This document shows positions 13,301 through 25,858 of a stretch of 64,000 bases of DNA, piece by piece. The stretch is taken from the NCBI RefSeq assembly GCF_018977255.1, contig NW_024704742.1, positions 122,762,001 through 122,826,000 of the forward strand. Reading direction: 5' to 3'. Position 1 is the stretch's first letter. Every line of letters begins with the position of its first letter. Position numbers and translations under genes: made by a program. Under the pieces are notes generated by a model. That model had not been told where the DNA came from, searched no databases, and worked only from the letters and a program-made list of their open reading frames with translations. The stretch comes from Callorhinchus milii. Its lineage: Eukaryota.

Positions 13301-13990
13301 AACAACAACAACAAAATTACATTTGTATAGTGCCTTTCACATCGGGAGGACGTCCCAAGGCACTGGACAATCAGTGTTTCGGACCCGAGCTGGGGGGTCG
13401 GGATTGGGGAGGGTGGGGGGCAGGTGGGGAAGAAGGGTGATCAAAAGCACGGTCGAAGAGGAGGGTCTTGAGATGGGTCTTGAAGGAGTCAGGGGAGGGA
13501 GTGAGGTGAAGGAGTTGCGGGATGGAGTTCCAGAGGGTAAGGGCAGAGTGGCAGAAGACCCACTTGCCAATGGCGGGGCGGGCGAGGCGGAGGACATGAA
13601 GCACGCCAGAGCCAGCTGAGAAAAGGGAGCGAGCAGGGTAGTAGGGAGTTAGTAGGTCGCAGAGGTAGGGGGGAGCAAGACCATGGAGAGCTTTGAAAGT
13701 GAGAACCGGGATCTTGAACTGTATCCTCTGTGTGATGGGAAGCCAGTGGAGTCGGGCGAGGATGGGAGTGATACGGTCACAGAGCCTGGTGCGTGAGAGG
13801 ACACAGCCTGCAGAATTTTGGATGATCTGCAGTCTATGGAGGGAAGAGTTGGGGAGGCCAACAATCAAGGAGTTTGCATAGTAAATCCTCAGTGTTTTAA
13901 ATGCGTGTATGAGGGTTTCAGCAGCCTGCAGTGTGAGACAGTGGCAGAGCCAGGCAACGTTGCAGAGGTGAGGGAAGGCAGAGCGGTTCA
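13301..13990 (-). mobile_element. L2 LINE 3' end, 5'-truncated
   Basis: AAETLIHAF, RLQIIQNSA, ITPILARLHWLPITQRIQFKI, LWNSIP...FKTHLKTLLF; tail (TTG)n. Confidence 0.95.
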
Positions 13991-14697
13991 TGGCATGGAT
14001 GTGGAGTAAAGTAGTGTACACTTGGATTATAAACAGTTCACTGTGCTGGAGGCCATCAATCCTCCAGATGAATTGGTCATTCACCTCATGGCTGTGTGTA
14101 GGACCTTGTTGGTACAACTGGCTGTTATGCTTATCCACAATCAATACTTATATACTTGACTATAATTAGTCTGAAAGGCTGCAAGATATTTCAGTGTGCT
14201 AAATTTCTATGAATCTGCAAGTTCTGCAATCACTTTCTAATCTATCTCTTCTCCTGACAGAAACAAACTACAGCTACAATTGTCAAAGAAACAGCTGTTA
14301 AATAGTCTCTGGGTAGGATATAGTCTGAGATCACAAACTATATTGGCAATCCCTTGCTGGTTTCTGTTCACAGATGTGATGCTTCTGTGTTCCCAACAGT
14401 AGAAGAGCCATATTGTTTCAGACAGTTGTTGGTAAGATCTCCTTACAAGTATCTATGTAACTGTCAATCCCTGTAATCATCCAGTTCCACTTAACAGGAG
14501 TTTGCTGACATATTCTCAACTACTTCTACAGAGAATATATTCCTCACGCCTACTCCTGTGTGAGAAAAACAATAGTTTCCCCTTCTAACACTGCGAAAAC
14601 AAATGAGCTAAAATTGCACCTGGGTCTAGATTTACTCTGTTAATATAGCAACCACAACCACAATTTACAATTATATAGCATCTTTCACATAGGGAGC

Positions 14698-14846
14698 ATA
14701 ATAATAATAATAATAATAATCCTTGCATTTGATATAGCGCTTTTCACGTCGGGAGGACGTCCCAAATTGCTTCACAGAATACACTGTAAAGTGAATTGAT
14801 TGTATATTTGTGGGCGAACGCGGCAGCCAATTGCGCACAGCATGTC
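14698..14846 (-). mobile_element. Young SINE 3' half
   Basis: Tail and stem-loop gggacgtcctcccgacgtgaaaagcgct. Confidence 0.9.
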
Positions 14847-15804
14847 TCAAGGTGCTTCCCACTACTTCATAGCCCAAGTTAAGGGGAGGGGAAGGGGAGT
14901 GGAGGGCAAGAGCTAAGGAAGGGAGTTTCTCCCAGTGTCCTGGTTATCAATCCCACAGCTAAAAATTGGTGTTCACTTCATGGTTGTTTGTGGGACGTCA
15001 CTGTGTGCAAATTGGCTGTTGCTGTCACCTATAAAGTAAACAGTTTCTGCCATAAGATCTTATGATGTGTTTCCATGATGTGATAAAGAGCATTAACAAA
15101 TGCAAGGATTATTATTCTATATGTGATAGCATGATTTTTCCTTTCATTCATTATATAATCGAAGAGCTGTGTTTGTGATTCACTTATTTTCGCCTCTCAT
15201 GGTTTCTCCAATTAAACAAGCGAAGCAAATAAATTATATTGAGTATTTTAGATTTTAGTCACCAACCTGAAGCTGATTTATTATCATTTCTTCAGGTGTT
15301 TCTCCTTCCCCATTGTCAAATCGCCCCGAAGACCTTCCTCTTCAATGATGCTTACGGTCACCATCCCCCAGCTAAACATCAGGCTCTGCCACTGTTCAGC
15401 GGTCTGAGATGTTACCCCATGTGAAGGGCAAGATATAAATGCAAGTTATCATAATATCTGTTCTACTGGTTACTCAACTCAACATTGGAAGCTGATGATT
15501 GATCTAAGCTTCTGCAACACAGTCATGCATCTTGAGGTTTCCTGAACACTAAAACTCAATGTCAACTTTCTAGTTTGTTTAAAATATTTTACATTCTACT
15601 GAAGAGATTGATTCCATCTGTAGTTTCTGTCATGGCACGTGTATTATTGGTGTTGAAAATATACAACCTCCCCAGCCACATCAGAAAGGATTTTACATGA
15701 TCATATTAAGCTTTTTAGAGCTAAGATAACCAAAGGAAAATACTTGCCTGTTAATGTCATATAGGTAAACTTTATTAGCGAGTGCACACACCAAGTTATC
15801 AATA

Positions 15805-16355
15805 ATAATAACCCTTATGACTATTTTTAATACTTGTATAGAGCCTTATCACATCAGACTGACATCTGAAAGCACTTCACAGGATATATTGGAAACTATG
15901 TACTTTGTCGGTGATTGCAGTAGGAATTCTATTACCGTGGAAACAACAATTTACATTTATTTTGCGCCTTTCAAATTGGCATATGGATTAAAGGAGCCTG
16001 AGCTGCGGTGGGGTGGTTGAGAAGTGTGACTGTGTACTTTGTAGGTGAATGCAGCAGCTAATTTGCAAACAAATAGCCATGAACTGAATGACCAATTCTA
16101 TCTGGGGGATTATTGGCCACGACACTGGGAGAAAATCCCTTCTATTGTCGAATAGTGTCATGGGATCTTTGACATTCACCTGAACAGGAACCTTGGTTTA
16201 ACATCTTTTCTGAAGAATAGCAGCTCTGACTGTGCCCCATTCCTCAAACAAAACTGTAGCTGCCGTTCTAGACTGTGAACTCAAAGTCCCAATGTAGGGC
16301 TTGAACCAACAACCTTCTGACTCAGAGGTGAGAGAGCTACCAACTGAGCCAGATG
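15805..16355 (-). mobile_element. Old Deu-domain SINE (SacSINE1-like), near full length, interrupted
   Basis: Head tggctcagttggtagctctctcacctctgagtcagaaggttgttggttcaagccc; Deu segment aaagatcccatgacactattcgac. Confidence 0.8.
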
Positions 16356-16745
16356 GACATGGATACAATAGTTACTGCCCGATCCTAGGATATAATTACT
16401 TCCAAAGAACAAACACTCAAACAAAAACAAGAGCTCAACATGTCAATGGATAGAAACTTCAGATTAAAATTAAATTTCCCAAAAATCTGTAGCTGTTTGG
16501 ATTACTATTGTATACAGGGATACGTACATACTTGATTATTTATGATAATAATGGTATTTACTCATATAAGTGGAGTAACTGTGTATTTTTTTGTAAATGA
16601 ATTATACACCAACAAAGATCAATGAATTTACTGACGAATAAAGATTAACTCCTCTTATGTTTTATGAAGCCCCTTTGTTTGTAACTGGTTCCTGAGGAAA
16701 CACACCTATGCTTGTAATTTGAACCCAGGTCAGGAAGTCTTAGTT

Positions 16746-16850
16746 CAGTGGTGGCCAACCTTTAAGGTCACCCAACAAAATAAATGTTCTCGATTGAATA
16801 TTTCTTGATTAATGCCATAAATCAAGAAATATTTAAAAAAAAATGAAAAC
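16746..16850. mobile_element. hAT-like MITE remnant with internal hairpin (second copy ~26361-26432)
   Basis: cagtggtggccaacc terminus; perfect 14-bp inverted repeat 16797-16810/16820-16833. Confidence 0.5.
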
Positions 16851-16877
16851 ACATGAATGATTGAACACGGACTTACC

Positions 16878-17282
16878 TAGACTCAATTACGCCATCCTCC
16901 TCCACCACCTCGCCTCCCTCATCCACCTAAGTGGGACCTTGTTCGCATGGTTCGAGTCCTACTTAACCAACCGCCTCCACTTTGTCTCGACAAATGGTTT
17001 CTCCACCCGCCCCCGCCTGGTCACCTGTGGGGTAACCCAGGGCTCCATCCTTGGCCCACTTTGTTTCCTCATCTATATGCTCCCTCTGGGTGATGTCATC
17101 CGCAGACACGGAGTAAACTTCCACATGTTTGCGGATAACACACAAATCTACTTTACCTCCTCCAATACCAACTCCAGGTCCGCCGATGTTCTATCAACTT
17201 GTCTAGCAGACATCAGGGCCTGGATGAGTGCAAACTTCCTGCAGCTGAATGTGGATGAGACGGAGGCCATACTCTTTAGCTC
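16878..17282 (+). mobile_element. L2 LINE RT fragment
   Basis: GVTQGSILGPLCFLIYMLPLGDVIRRHGVNFHMFADNTQIY, NFLQLNVDETE. Confidence 0.9.
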
Positions 17283-18965
17283 TGGAGGGCAGGGGGGAAG
17301 CAGGGAGATCTAGGGAGGGGGCGAGACAGAGGGACTGCGGGATGGAGTTCCAGAGGGTGGGTGCAGAGTGGTGGAAGGCCCACCCCCCCCATGGTGCGGT
17401 GAGCAAGGCGGGGGACATGAAGCAGGTCGGAGTCTGCTAAGCGGAGGGAGCGAACAGCGTGGTAGGGGGTTAGGAGGATGGAGAGGTAGGGGGGAGCAAG
17501 ACTTTGAGGATTTTGAAGGTGAGGACCAGGATCTTGAACAGTATCCTCAGTGTCATGGGAAGCCAGTGGAGTTGGGCAAGGATGGGGGTGATAGGGTCGC
17601 GGAGGCTAGGGCAGGAGAGTACATGGGCTGCAGAGTTCTGGATGATCTGCAGCCTGTGGAGGGAGGAGTTGGGGAGACTGACACGTTTGGACACCTTCGA
17701 CCATTCTATCCTCTTCTCTCACTTCCATGTGTTGTCCTTGATTGGTTCAGTGAGTTTGCATAGTTGAGCCTCGATGTAATGAAGACATGTATGAGGGTTT
17801 CGGTGGCCTGTAGTGTGAGACAGTGTCGGAGCCGGGCGATGTTGCGGAGGTGGGGGAAGACAGAGCAGGTCATGGCGCAGATGTGGGGTAGAAAAGATAG
17901 TAGAGGGTCAAACAAGACCCCAAGGTTCCGGACTGGCTCAGCAAGGTGGGGTGTGCAACCATGGATGGTGATGCTGTCAGCGACTGAGGTGAGGAGGTGC
18001 TGACGGGAGCCAATCAGGAGAACCTCAGTCTTGTTGACGTTCAACCAAAGAAAGTTACCTCTCATCCAGGACTTGATGTCTGACAGACATTCTGTCAGGA
18101 CAGCAGTGGTCCTGGAGTCAAGGGTGGAGGCAGAGAGGTAGAGTTGAGTGTCATCTGCATACATGTGGAAGTTAACCCCATATCTGCAGATGATGTCACC
18201 AAGAGGGAGCATATAGATATTGAAGAGGAGGGGATCAAGGACAGAGCCCTGAGGAATTCCGTAAAAGACAGTGCGGGGGCTAGAGGATAAACCGTTTGAG
18301 GAGATGAAGTGTGAGAGGTACGATCTGAACCAATGAAGGACAGCGCCATGGAGGTTGAGGTGAGAGAAGAGGTTAGAGTGGTCAACGGTGTCGAAAGCAG
18401 CAGAGAGGTCAAGGAGGACGAGGAGGCAGAGGGAGCCCTGGTCGCAGATTGACAGAATGTCATTTGTCACTTTGACCAGGGTGGTTTCTGTGCTGTGGGC
18501 GGCACGGAAACCCGATTGGAGAGGTTCGAGAAGGGAGTGGTGGGAGAGGAAGGAGCGAAGCTGAGAAGCAACAACTCATTCCAGGACCTTGGAGAGGAAG
18601 GGGAGGTTGGAGATGGGGCAGTAGTTAGGGAGTAGAGAAGGATCCAGGGAGGGTTTTTTAAAAATAGGAGTGATGACAGTGGTTTTTAAAGGGGTGGGAA
18701 CAGTACCAGAGGACAGGGAGAGGTTTACAATGTCAGTGAGTGGAGGGGCAAGGGGGTGAAGCTGGGAGGTAAAGAGAGGGGTTGGGATGGGGTCGAGGGA
18801 GCAGGTGGTGGGTTTCATACAGGTTATGGAGGTGATGAGAGAGGAGGGAGGGATGGGTAGGGGCCAGGGTATGAGGAGGAGATGGAGACGGGGTAGCAGA
18901 TGCAGTGGCAGAGGCAGCTGAATGGATGCTCTCGACTTTGGATTTGAGGAAGTCCAGCATTGCCT
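17283..18965 (-). mobile_element. L2 LINE ORF2 (RT to C-terminus), disrupted
   Basis: PISNLPFLSKVLE, LLVLLDLSAAFDTVDH, GIPQGSVL, FHMYADDTQLY, VRNLGVLFD, LHWLP. Confidence 0.95.
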
Positions 18966-18974
18966 CGCAGCTGA

Positions 18975-19145
18975 TCACATCCGGTCCCTGACCAGGACCG
19001 CCTTCCTCCACCTCCGCTACATTGTCCGCCTCCGACCGTACCTTACCCCAAATGCAGCTGAACCCCTTGTGCATGCGTTTGTCACCTCCCGCCTGGATTA
19101 CTCAAACACGCTCCTCTCCGGTCTCCCCAGCTCCACTATTCAAAA
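18975..19145 (+). mobile_element. L2 fragment in opposite orientation
   Basis: TAFLHLRYIVRLRPYL...LVHAFVTSRLDYSNTLLSGLP. Confidence 0.9.
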
Positions 19146-19234
19146 GAACCTGTAGTAGGGCAATGCAATCAAAATAATAATACCTGCATTTCATATAATA
19201 ATCCTTGCATTTGATAGAGCACTTCATCATGTCT

Positions 19235-20130
19235 CACTGAAACCTGGATCACTCCAGGTGACATCTTCCCCCTGACTGAGGCCACACCATCCGGCTACAC
19301 CTTCCATCACACCCCTCGACCTAACCGCCATGTTCGTGGGGTGGCTCTCATCTCCCGGTCCCCGCTCGGCCTATCCCCGTATTCTTCCCCTCCTTTGAGC
19401 ACCTTACCCTCTATCACAGGGGAGGGCAATTATTTTGGCTGGTGGGCCATATCACAAGTTTTGGTAAGCTTTAAGGGCCACACGCTTAATATAGATGCAA
19501 ATGCTTAATAACAGCTCAAAATCAAGTCTTGTACATGCATAAAATAAAGTCTACATAATTGACATTCATTAAAATTAGGTTAATTAAAAACAACTAATTG
19601 AGCAGACATTTATTCAATATTTATTCATTTATTCACATAGAGTGAATGGATTCTATCACTTCTCCAATCTTCCCCTCAAAATTCTCCACATCTACCACAC
19701 CCCCAAGCCCTCCCTCACCTTCATCCCTGACATCTCCTCCCTCCTATCTTCCGTCTCTCTTTGCTCTGAATGCCTCCTCATCATTGGGGATTTCAAACTT
19801 CACTTCACCCCCTCCTGCTCTAATTCTGCTGACTTTTCCTCCCTTATCTCCTCCCTCAATCTCTCCCTCCAATCCACTCATGTCCACAGTCACCCCCTCG
19901 ACCTGGTGATCACTCGGGGCCTCACCGTCTCGGACCTCACCATCATCGACAAAGCGATCTTGGACCATCACTTCATCTCCCTTAACTCCTCAATCCCTCT
20001 GCCCTCCGCCACCCAACCCACCTCCATCTCATACTGTCCCTGGAATAAAATCTCCCCCCCCCCTCGGCTGCCTTGGAGTCACCTGAATTTCTTCCCCTCT
20101 GGGCGTCCTCCCGAAATGACCTATCCTCCC
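19235..20130 (+). mobile_element. L2 APE endonuclease region, interrupted by a hAT-like MITE at ~19417-19660
   Basis: LTETWITPG, GYTFHHTP, GVALI, IYHTPK, LLIIGDF, THVHSHPLDLVITRG, DHHFISL; insert begins cagggggagggcaattattttgg. Confidence 0.85.
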
Positions 20131-20231
20131 ATATAGTCTATGCCAACAGTCTAATGTGCTGCATTGATGAATGTGCCATTTTTTGACTGAGATATTAAAC
20201 CGAGGTTCCTAACTACCTGTTCAAGTGGACG

Positions 20232-20442
20232 ATGCCTTCAGCTCCCCTCTCGACTCTCTTCCCCCTCCTCACTCCCTCCCTTCCCTCCCCTCACCCTGAC
20301 CATTTCCCCCCTCCTTGCTCCCTCCCTTCCCTCACCCTGACCATTTCCCCCCTGCTCGGGTCATGACCCAACTGTGCAGCGCCTTGGGACGTCCTCCTGA
20401 CGTGAAAGGCGCTTTATAAATGGAATCTTGTTGTTGTTGTTG
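20232..20442 (+). mobile_element. Young L2 3'UTR/tail inserted in a Deu-SINE (~20150-20680)
   Basis: Closely similar to 31200-31418; stem-loop and (TTG)n tail; Deu sequence resumes at aaagatcccaaggcact. Confidence 0.85.
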
Positions 20443-21682
20443 ACGATAAAGATCCCAAGGCACTATATAAAAAAAGAGAGTCACTCACTGTCATGATCAA
20501 CAACCCCCCACATAAAATTGGTCATTCACTTCAAGGCTTGTGGGGCATTGTTGCGTACAAATTGACTGTGGGATTCACCCAAAAAATACACAGTCACTAT
20601 ACTTTACAGTCTATTTTGTGATGCCCTTTGAGACATCTTGATGACATGGTAAGAGGCTATAACAAATGCAAACATTATTATCGTGAGATTCTAAAGCTTT
20701 GCAGTATCGTTCGGACAAAGAAAATGTGAAAATGAGAATTATTTTTGAAATAAGCCACACGACTGGAATAACAAATGCTTTTATCTTACCATGCTTATTT
20801 TAGAGGTTTGGTTTCTTGTTATTTTGGCACCAGTTGTAAAGTTTACCTTCTGTCATCAAAACAAAAGTAGTTTCACTGGGCTTCGTTCCAAGCTACTGAC
20901 CAGAGTGATTTGATCTATTTCCTGTTGTTCCATGGGAACCACTGCTTAAAAGCTATTCTTGTTAAAGAAAAAGTCATCTCTTTATATGTAGCACTAAATT
21001 GTGTATCGGATTGTAAACATCCTTTTCTCTATAATTATCAGCAGTCATTAAAAAAATATTAAACCCTACTGACACAATGAACCAAAATAAAAATATTTAT
21101 AAATTAACTACAAGAAGAACAAATAAAATAACTACCCCAAATTCATTTAGAAAATGTCATTTTGTTGAACTTTTGACTATTAAAAAACAGCACAAAATAT
21201 GCAATGACGTTAAGAGTCGTTAGAGAAGAACACAACATTGTGTGTTTGTTAGACTATTGGAGGATTAAACAAGAGCTCAAAATAAATGCTCTTTTTTTTT
21301 ATCCTGTGCCTATAATCACTCTCAGTCCTGACATGAGCTCTTGATAACTTTATAACCTTAAACTCTTAAAAAGAAGTGTTAACTTTCAACAATAAACTTC
21401 AATTCAAATGTTTTGGTTTTACTGATTTCAATACTCCAAAAGATTTTTTGATAAAATAAGTAAATAATCCTTGCATTTGGTATAGTACCTTTCACATCAT
21501 GAAGACATGGCAAGACTCTTCACAGTATTTACTGCAAAGGGTAATGATTGTGCATCGGTACGCATCTGCCCGTTTGCACAAAACAATGTCCCACAAACAG
21601 TCATGAATGAATGACCAATTTTATTCGGGAGATTGTTGGCTAGGACACTGGAAGAAATTCCCTTTTCTTCTTGAGCAGTGTG

Positions 21683-21996
21683 ATAATAATAATAATCCTT
21701 GCATTTGATATAGCGCTTTTCACGTCTTCTCAACGTCTCAAAGCGCTTCACAGAATAAAATGTGAAGTGAATTGACTGTATATTTGTGGGCGAAATGCAG
21801 CAGCCAATTGTGCACAGCAGTGTCCCACAAACAGACGTGGATTGAAAATGATCAATTTATTATTGTTTTGTTTTGGAGGGATTATTATTAGGCGTGTGGA
21901 GTAAGAAAACTTGCCCAAGGTTTCGCCCTGCCTGGAATTGAACCCAGGTGTCTCGCTTGCAAGGCGAGTGCTCTAACCACTGAGCTACAGGACTCC
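21683..21996 (-). mobile_element. Young tRNA-Ala SINE, full short form (intact cloverleaf head 21923-21994)
   Basis: ggagtcctgtagctcagtggttagagcactcgccttgcaagcgagacacctgggttcaattccaggcagggcga...ggattattatt. Confidence 0.95.
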
Positions 21997-22238
21997 TGAT
22001 CTTTGAAGTCCACTTGAAAAAGCAGATGGAATCTCAGGTGGGACCTCTCGCTAATCACTACGCTACGAGACTCCACATTTCATTCCAAACAAATCCAAAA
22101 TTTTCATGTGTAGGCAGCATACATATCTCTCAGTCTGGTTTGAATACTCTTAAGCATGGTGATGGATTTCCACGTGTCAGACACCTGGCTGACCATAAAG
22201 TAAATAATGTTTCATCATTTTGCCAATGTTGTCAATGT

Positions 22239-22490
22239 GAGTCCTGTAGCTTAGTGGTTAGAGCACTCGCTTCGCAAGCGAGAGACCTGGGTTCAATTCC
22301 CAGCAGGGTGAAATGTTGGGCAAGTTTTCTTACTCCACATGTATGATAATAATCCCTCAAGAAAAAAACAATAACAAATTGGTCACTTGTATTTGATATA
22401 GCCCCTTATCACATCATTGAGACATCTCCAAGAGTTTCACAGGATATATTGGAAAGTGAATTGACTGTATGTGTTGTGGGTGAAATTGCA
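22239..22490. mobile_element. SINE head (+) fused to an inverted SINE tail (-)
   Basis: Head and body on + to 22386, then reverse-complement tail half 22387-22490. Confidence 0.8.
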
Positions 22491-23179
22491 CATTCCTGTT
22501 GTAAAACAGTTGACAGTATGCAAATCGATCATTTTAAAAATTCATAATGAACACATTGCAAATTGGACTGCAAAAGTCACGGGCATTAAATCTTCCTAAA
22601 ATGCCTGCAAAACTAAACTCATAGGGTGCACATCTGCAAGAGTTAAATGCAGATGTGAGGCCTCAAAAATTGCAATTCCCTCACTTCTCCAGTCATACTG
22701 TTCATATTATTAGGTGCCACAATAACTGGATTGTCTAAAACATATGTCATGGGTGTGGGGTGTGGGAATGTTACTGAGTGATGTAAATGACGTACGATGG
22801 CCTGAAGAAAACTGAAGAAAAATATTTAAATAAAATTTAGGATAGAACTGGAAAAGTGACCTGAGGAAGGGCACGCAAATCAGATTATCCTAACCCTGGG
22901 ATCGCATATCATTCTCATTTCAATTTCACTGAACACAATATGCAACCACAAGCAATGTCGGTTTCTTTGAAAAGGATATCCACATTTTGCAGTGCATTAT
23001 TCATCGTTCACTTATAGTCACAATGCATACATTTGAATAGAAAGGTGTGGCTTAAAAAAAGGAACTTTGAATAAATGTTGCATAAGATCATCAATTTACA
23101 ACTTCCACATAGTCTCTCAGCTGAGTCATTTACATACTGAAAGAGGGATGCCTCCTTTCAATGAAGAAAAGAACAAAGT

Positions 23180-23560
23180 GGAGTCCTGTAGATTATTGGT
23201 TAGAGCACTCGCCTTGCAAGTGAGAGGACCTGGGGTTGATTCCCAGGCAGGGCGAAATGCCAAGCAAGTTTCCTTACTCCAAATGTCTCTGTTTACCTAG
23301 CAGTAAATAGAAACCCGGTTGTTAGTCAATTGGCAGATCCGGGGTAATAATCCCTTAAAAATTTTTTTAAAAAATATTAATAATAACTTGGTCACTCAAT
23401 CCACAACTGTTTGTGGGACACTGCTGTGCGCAATTGGCTGCCACATTTCGCCCACAAAATATATAGTCAATTCACTCTGCAGTATATCCTGTGAAGTACT
23501 TTGAGAAGTCTCGAAGACGTGATAAGATGCTATACCAAAATGCAAGGATTATTATTATTA
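23180..23560 (+). mobile_element. tRNA-Ala SINE, long form
   Basis: Extra central segment gtctctgtttacctagcagtaaatagaaacccggttgttagtcaattggcagatccgggg. Confidence 0.9.
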
Positions 23561-24889
23561 AGTGCCTGGGGACCAGGACGAGAATCCAACACACTGCTCT
23601 TCGACTGGCTTTGAAAAAGAAGAGGGTCTGGATTCAAAAAGTCGCTTTAGTATCAAAATCTGAACATCACCAGAGCAAGACATCACAAGGAATGAACTTC
23701 ACAGCATATTCACAGAATGGTCAATTCACTTTACAGCATTTTCTGTGAAGCGCTTTGAGACGTCTGGAAGATGTGAAAAGCGCTATATCAAATGCAAGGA
23801 TTATTATTTTATTATAACTTCCCCAAGAAGTTATTTGATACAGGTGAGGCTTTAAACTGAGTTCTTATCTGCCTAATGATCATGTGGTGGCGCAAAGAGA
23901 AGGGAGTTTCTCCCATTGTCCCAGCCAACAATCCTCCAGATGAATTATTTATTCTGTTTGTGAGTCATGTATAAAGTAGGAAGGTTTGATTCCCTGAATG
24001 TTGCTGAGTTAACTCCTACAAAAATATCTATAAATTAGGCCAGATTCCCTTATGTTCCCTGAATTAACTAATAACAAAATAGTGAAGGAGCTACAACTGA
24101 CCTTGGTACCTCTGAGGTAGAGAAAGGAAATATCATCCAGATTTTCTTCTGATTACTAGCTCTCCAGGGATCTACACCATTTCTGCAAAGCACTTTGAGA
24201 CTTTATCCCAAGTAAAGGACACTGTATTATTATGAGTTGTTGCTGGAAAGGGCTTGGCATGTGAGGGCAGTTTTGGATTTGGCTGTGATAATCCACACAA
24301 TATAAAAGGCCTGCCAGCACTCACTCTTTAGGTTTGCACTTAAAAAATGTCCACTTGGGCAAGATACTGGAGGGTATCTGACACTTGAGCAGTAAATAGA
24401 ATGTTGGAAGAGCAAAATTAATAAAATGGATGTTTTCTTCTTGTAGGCTTCTGATCATTGCACTTTTACTTCACTACCATTAACTCACCCTTGTCGCCTT
24501 AAAGCAGGCAGATTCCTTTCTTGATTTTCAAAGCTCTCACACCTGTTTGGCACAGCTCCATCCATGTGTGGGAAATACCTCAGCAGGGAGCAGCAATATT
24601 AATCATATGGCTTTCACTCCACCTAGCCCTGATCCTCCCAGATATCTAAGTGCATAAACTATTACCTAGGCAACCTGTCAAGCAACAGCACCTCCATGGT
24701 GATACAACAGCACTACCACTGTTGCACTGCAGGTATGACAGGCTGAGACAGTCTATGTAATATACTATGTTATATGTATATCTTGCATATATTTTATACA
24801 ATAAACTTGTGATAACTTGACCCTAGCTTAATTTGTCACTACCACTTAAGTCATCATGCGATCAGTATCCCGGCCACATCTATTTATGC

Positions 24890-25140
24890 ATTTCTGTCTT
24901 CTGCCACTCTGGCCCCAACCGCTGGAACTCCATCCCAGAGTCCCTCCGCCTCATCCCCTCCCTTGCCACTTCAAGACCCATCTCAAGGCCCTCCTCTTTG
25001 ACCGTGCTTTCGATCTCCCTGCTTCCCCCCTACCCTCCACCCTCCCCAACTCCCAACTCGGGTACGTAACTCTGTCTGTCCAGCGCCTTGGGACGTTCTT
25101 CCGATGTGAAAGGCATTTTATAAATGTAATTTTGTTGTTT
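24890..25140 (+). mobile_element. L2 LINE 3' end
   Basis: WNSIPESLRL, FKTHLKALLFDRAF, stem-loop and ttgttgtt tail. Confidence 0.85.
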
Positions 25141-25591
25141 TTTCTGAATTTATACATATGCCTAACTTGCCACTCCTTATAACTCATCAATCAAAGGGAA
25201 AAGGGTACAGTGACAAGTTACCAGGAGTTTACTCTAACTCCATTTAAATTGAAGGATCTATTAATCAAAAGGGGAAGGGAGTTTCTTCCAATGTCCTGGC
25301 CAATAATTCTCTGGGTAAGTGGTCATACACTGCACTCACGGTTGTTTCAGCTCCTTGGGAAATCATCCCGCCGTGAAAGATGCTATATAAATGCAATTTG
25401 TTATTGTCATTTGTGGGACGTTGCTGTGTACAAATTGGTTGCCACATTTGCCTACAAAATGCAGTCACGTTACAATAAATCCTGTGAAGAATTTTGAGAC
25501 CTCCTCCCAATGTAAAAGGTACCATATGATATGCAAAGATATACATATAATGCTTTATATATGTAAATACACACACTTAATTGTATATTTA

Positions 25592-25858
25592 GTAATAATA
25601 ATCCTTGCATTTGATATAGTGCCTTATCACATTTTTAAGACGTCTCATAGTGCTTCACAGGATACAATCCTTGCATTTGATTTTTTTTGATATAGCGCTT
25701 TTCACATCTTCTCGACGTCTCAAAGCGCTTCACAGAATATTCTGTAAAGCAAATTGACTGTATATTTGTGGGCAGTATACTGTAAAGTAAATGGACTGTA
25801 TCTTTTGTGGACAAAATGCGGCAGCCAATTGTGCATAGCAGTGTCCCACAAACAGTCT
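25592..25858 (-). mobile_element. Stacked SINE 3' fragments
   Basis: Two aatccttgcatttga tails and a duplicated ctgtaaag...gactgtat...tgtgg block. Confidence 0.8.
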
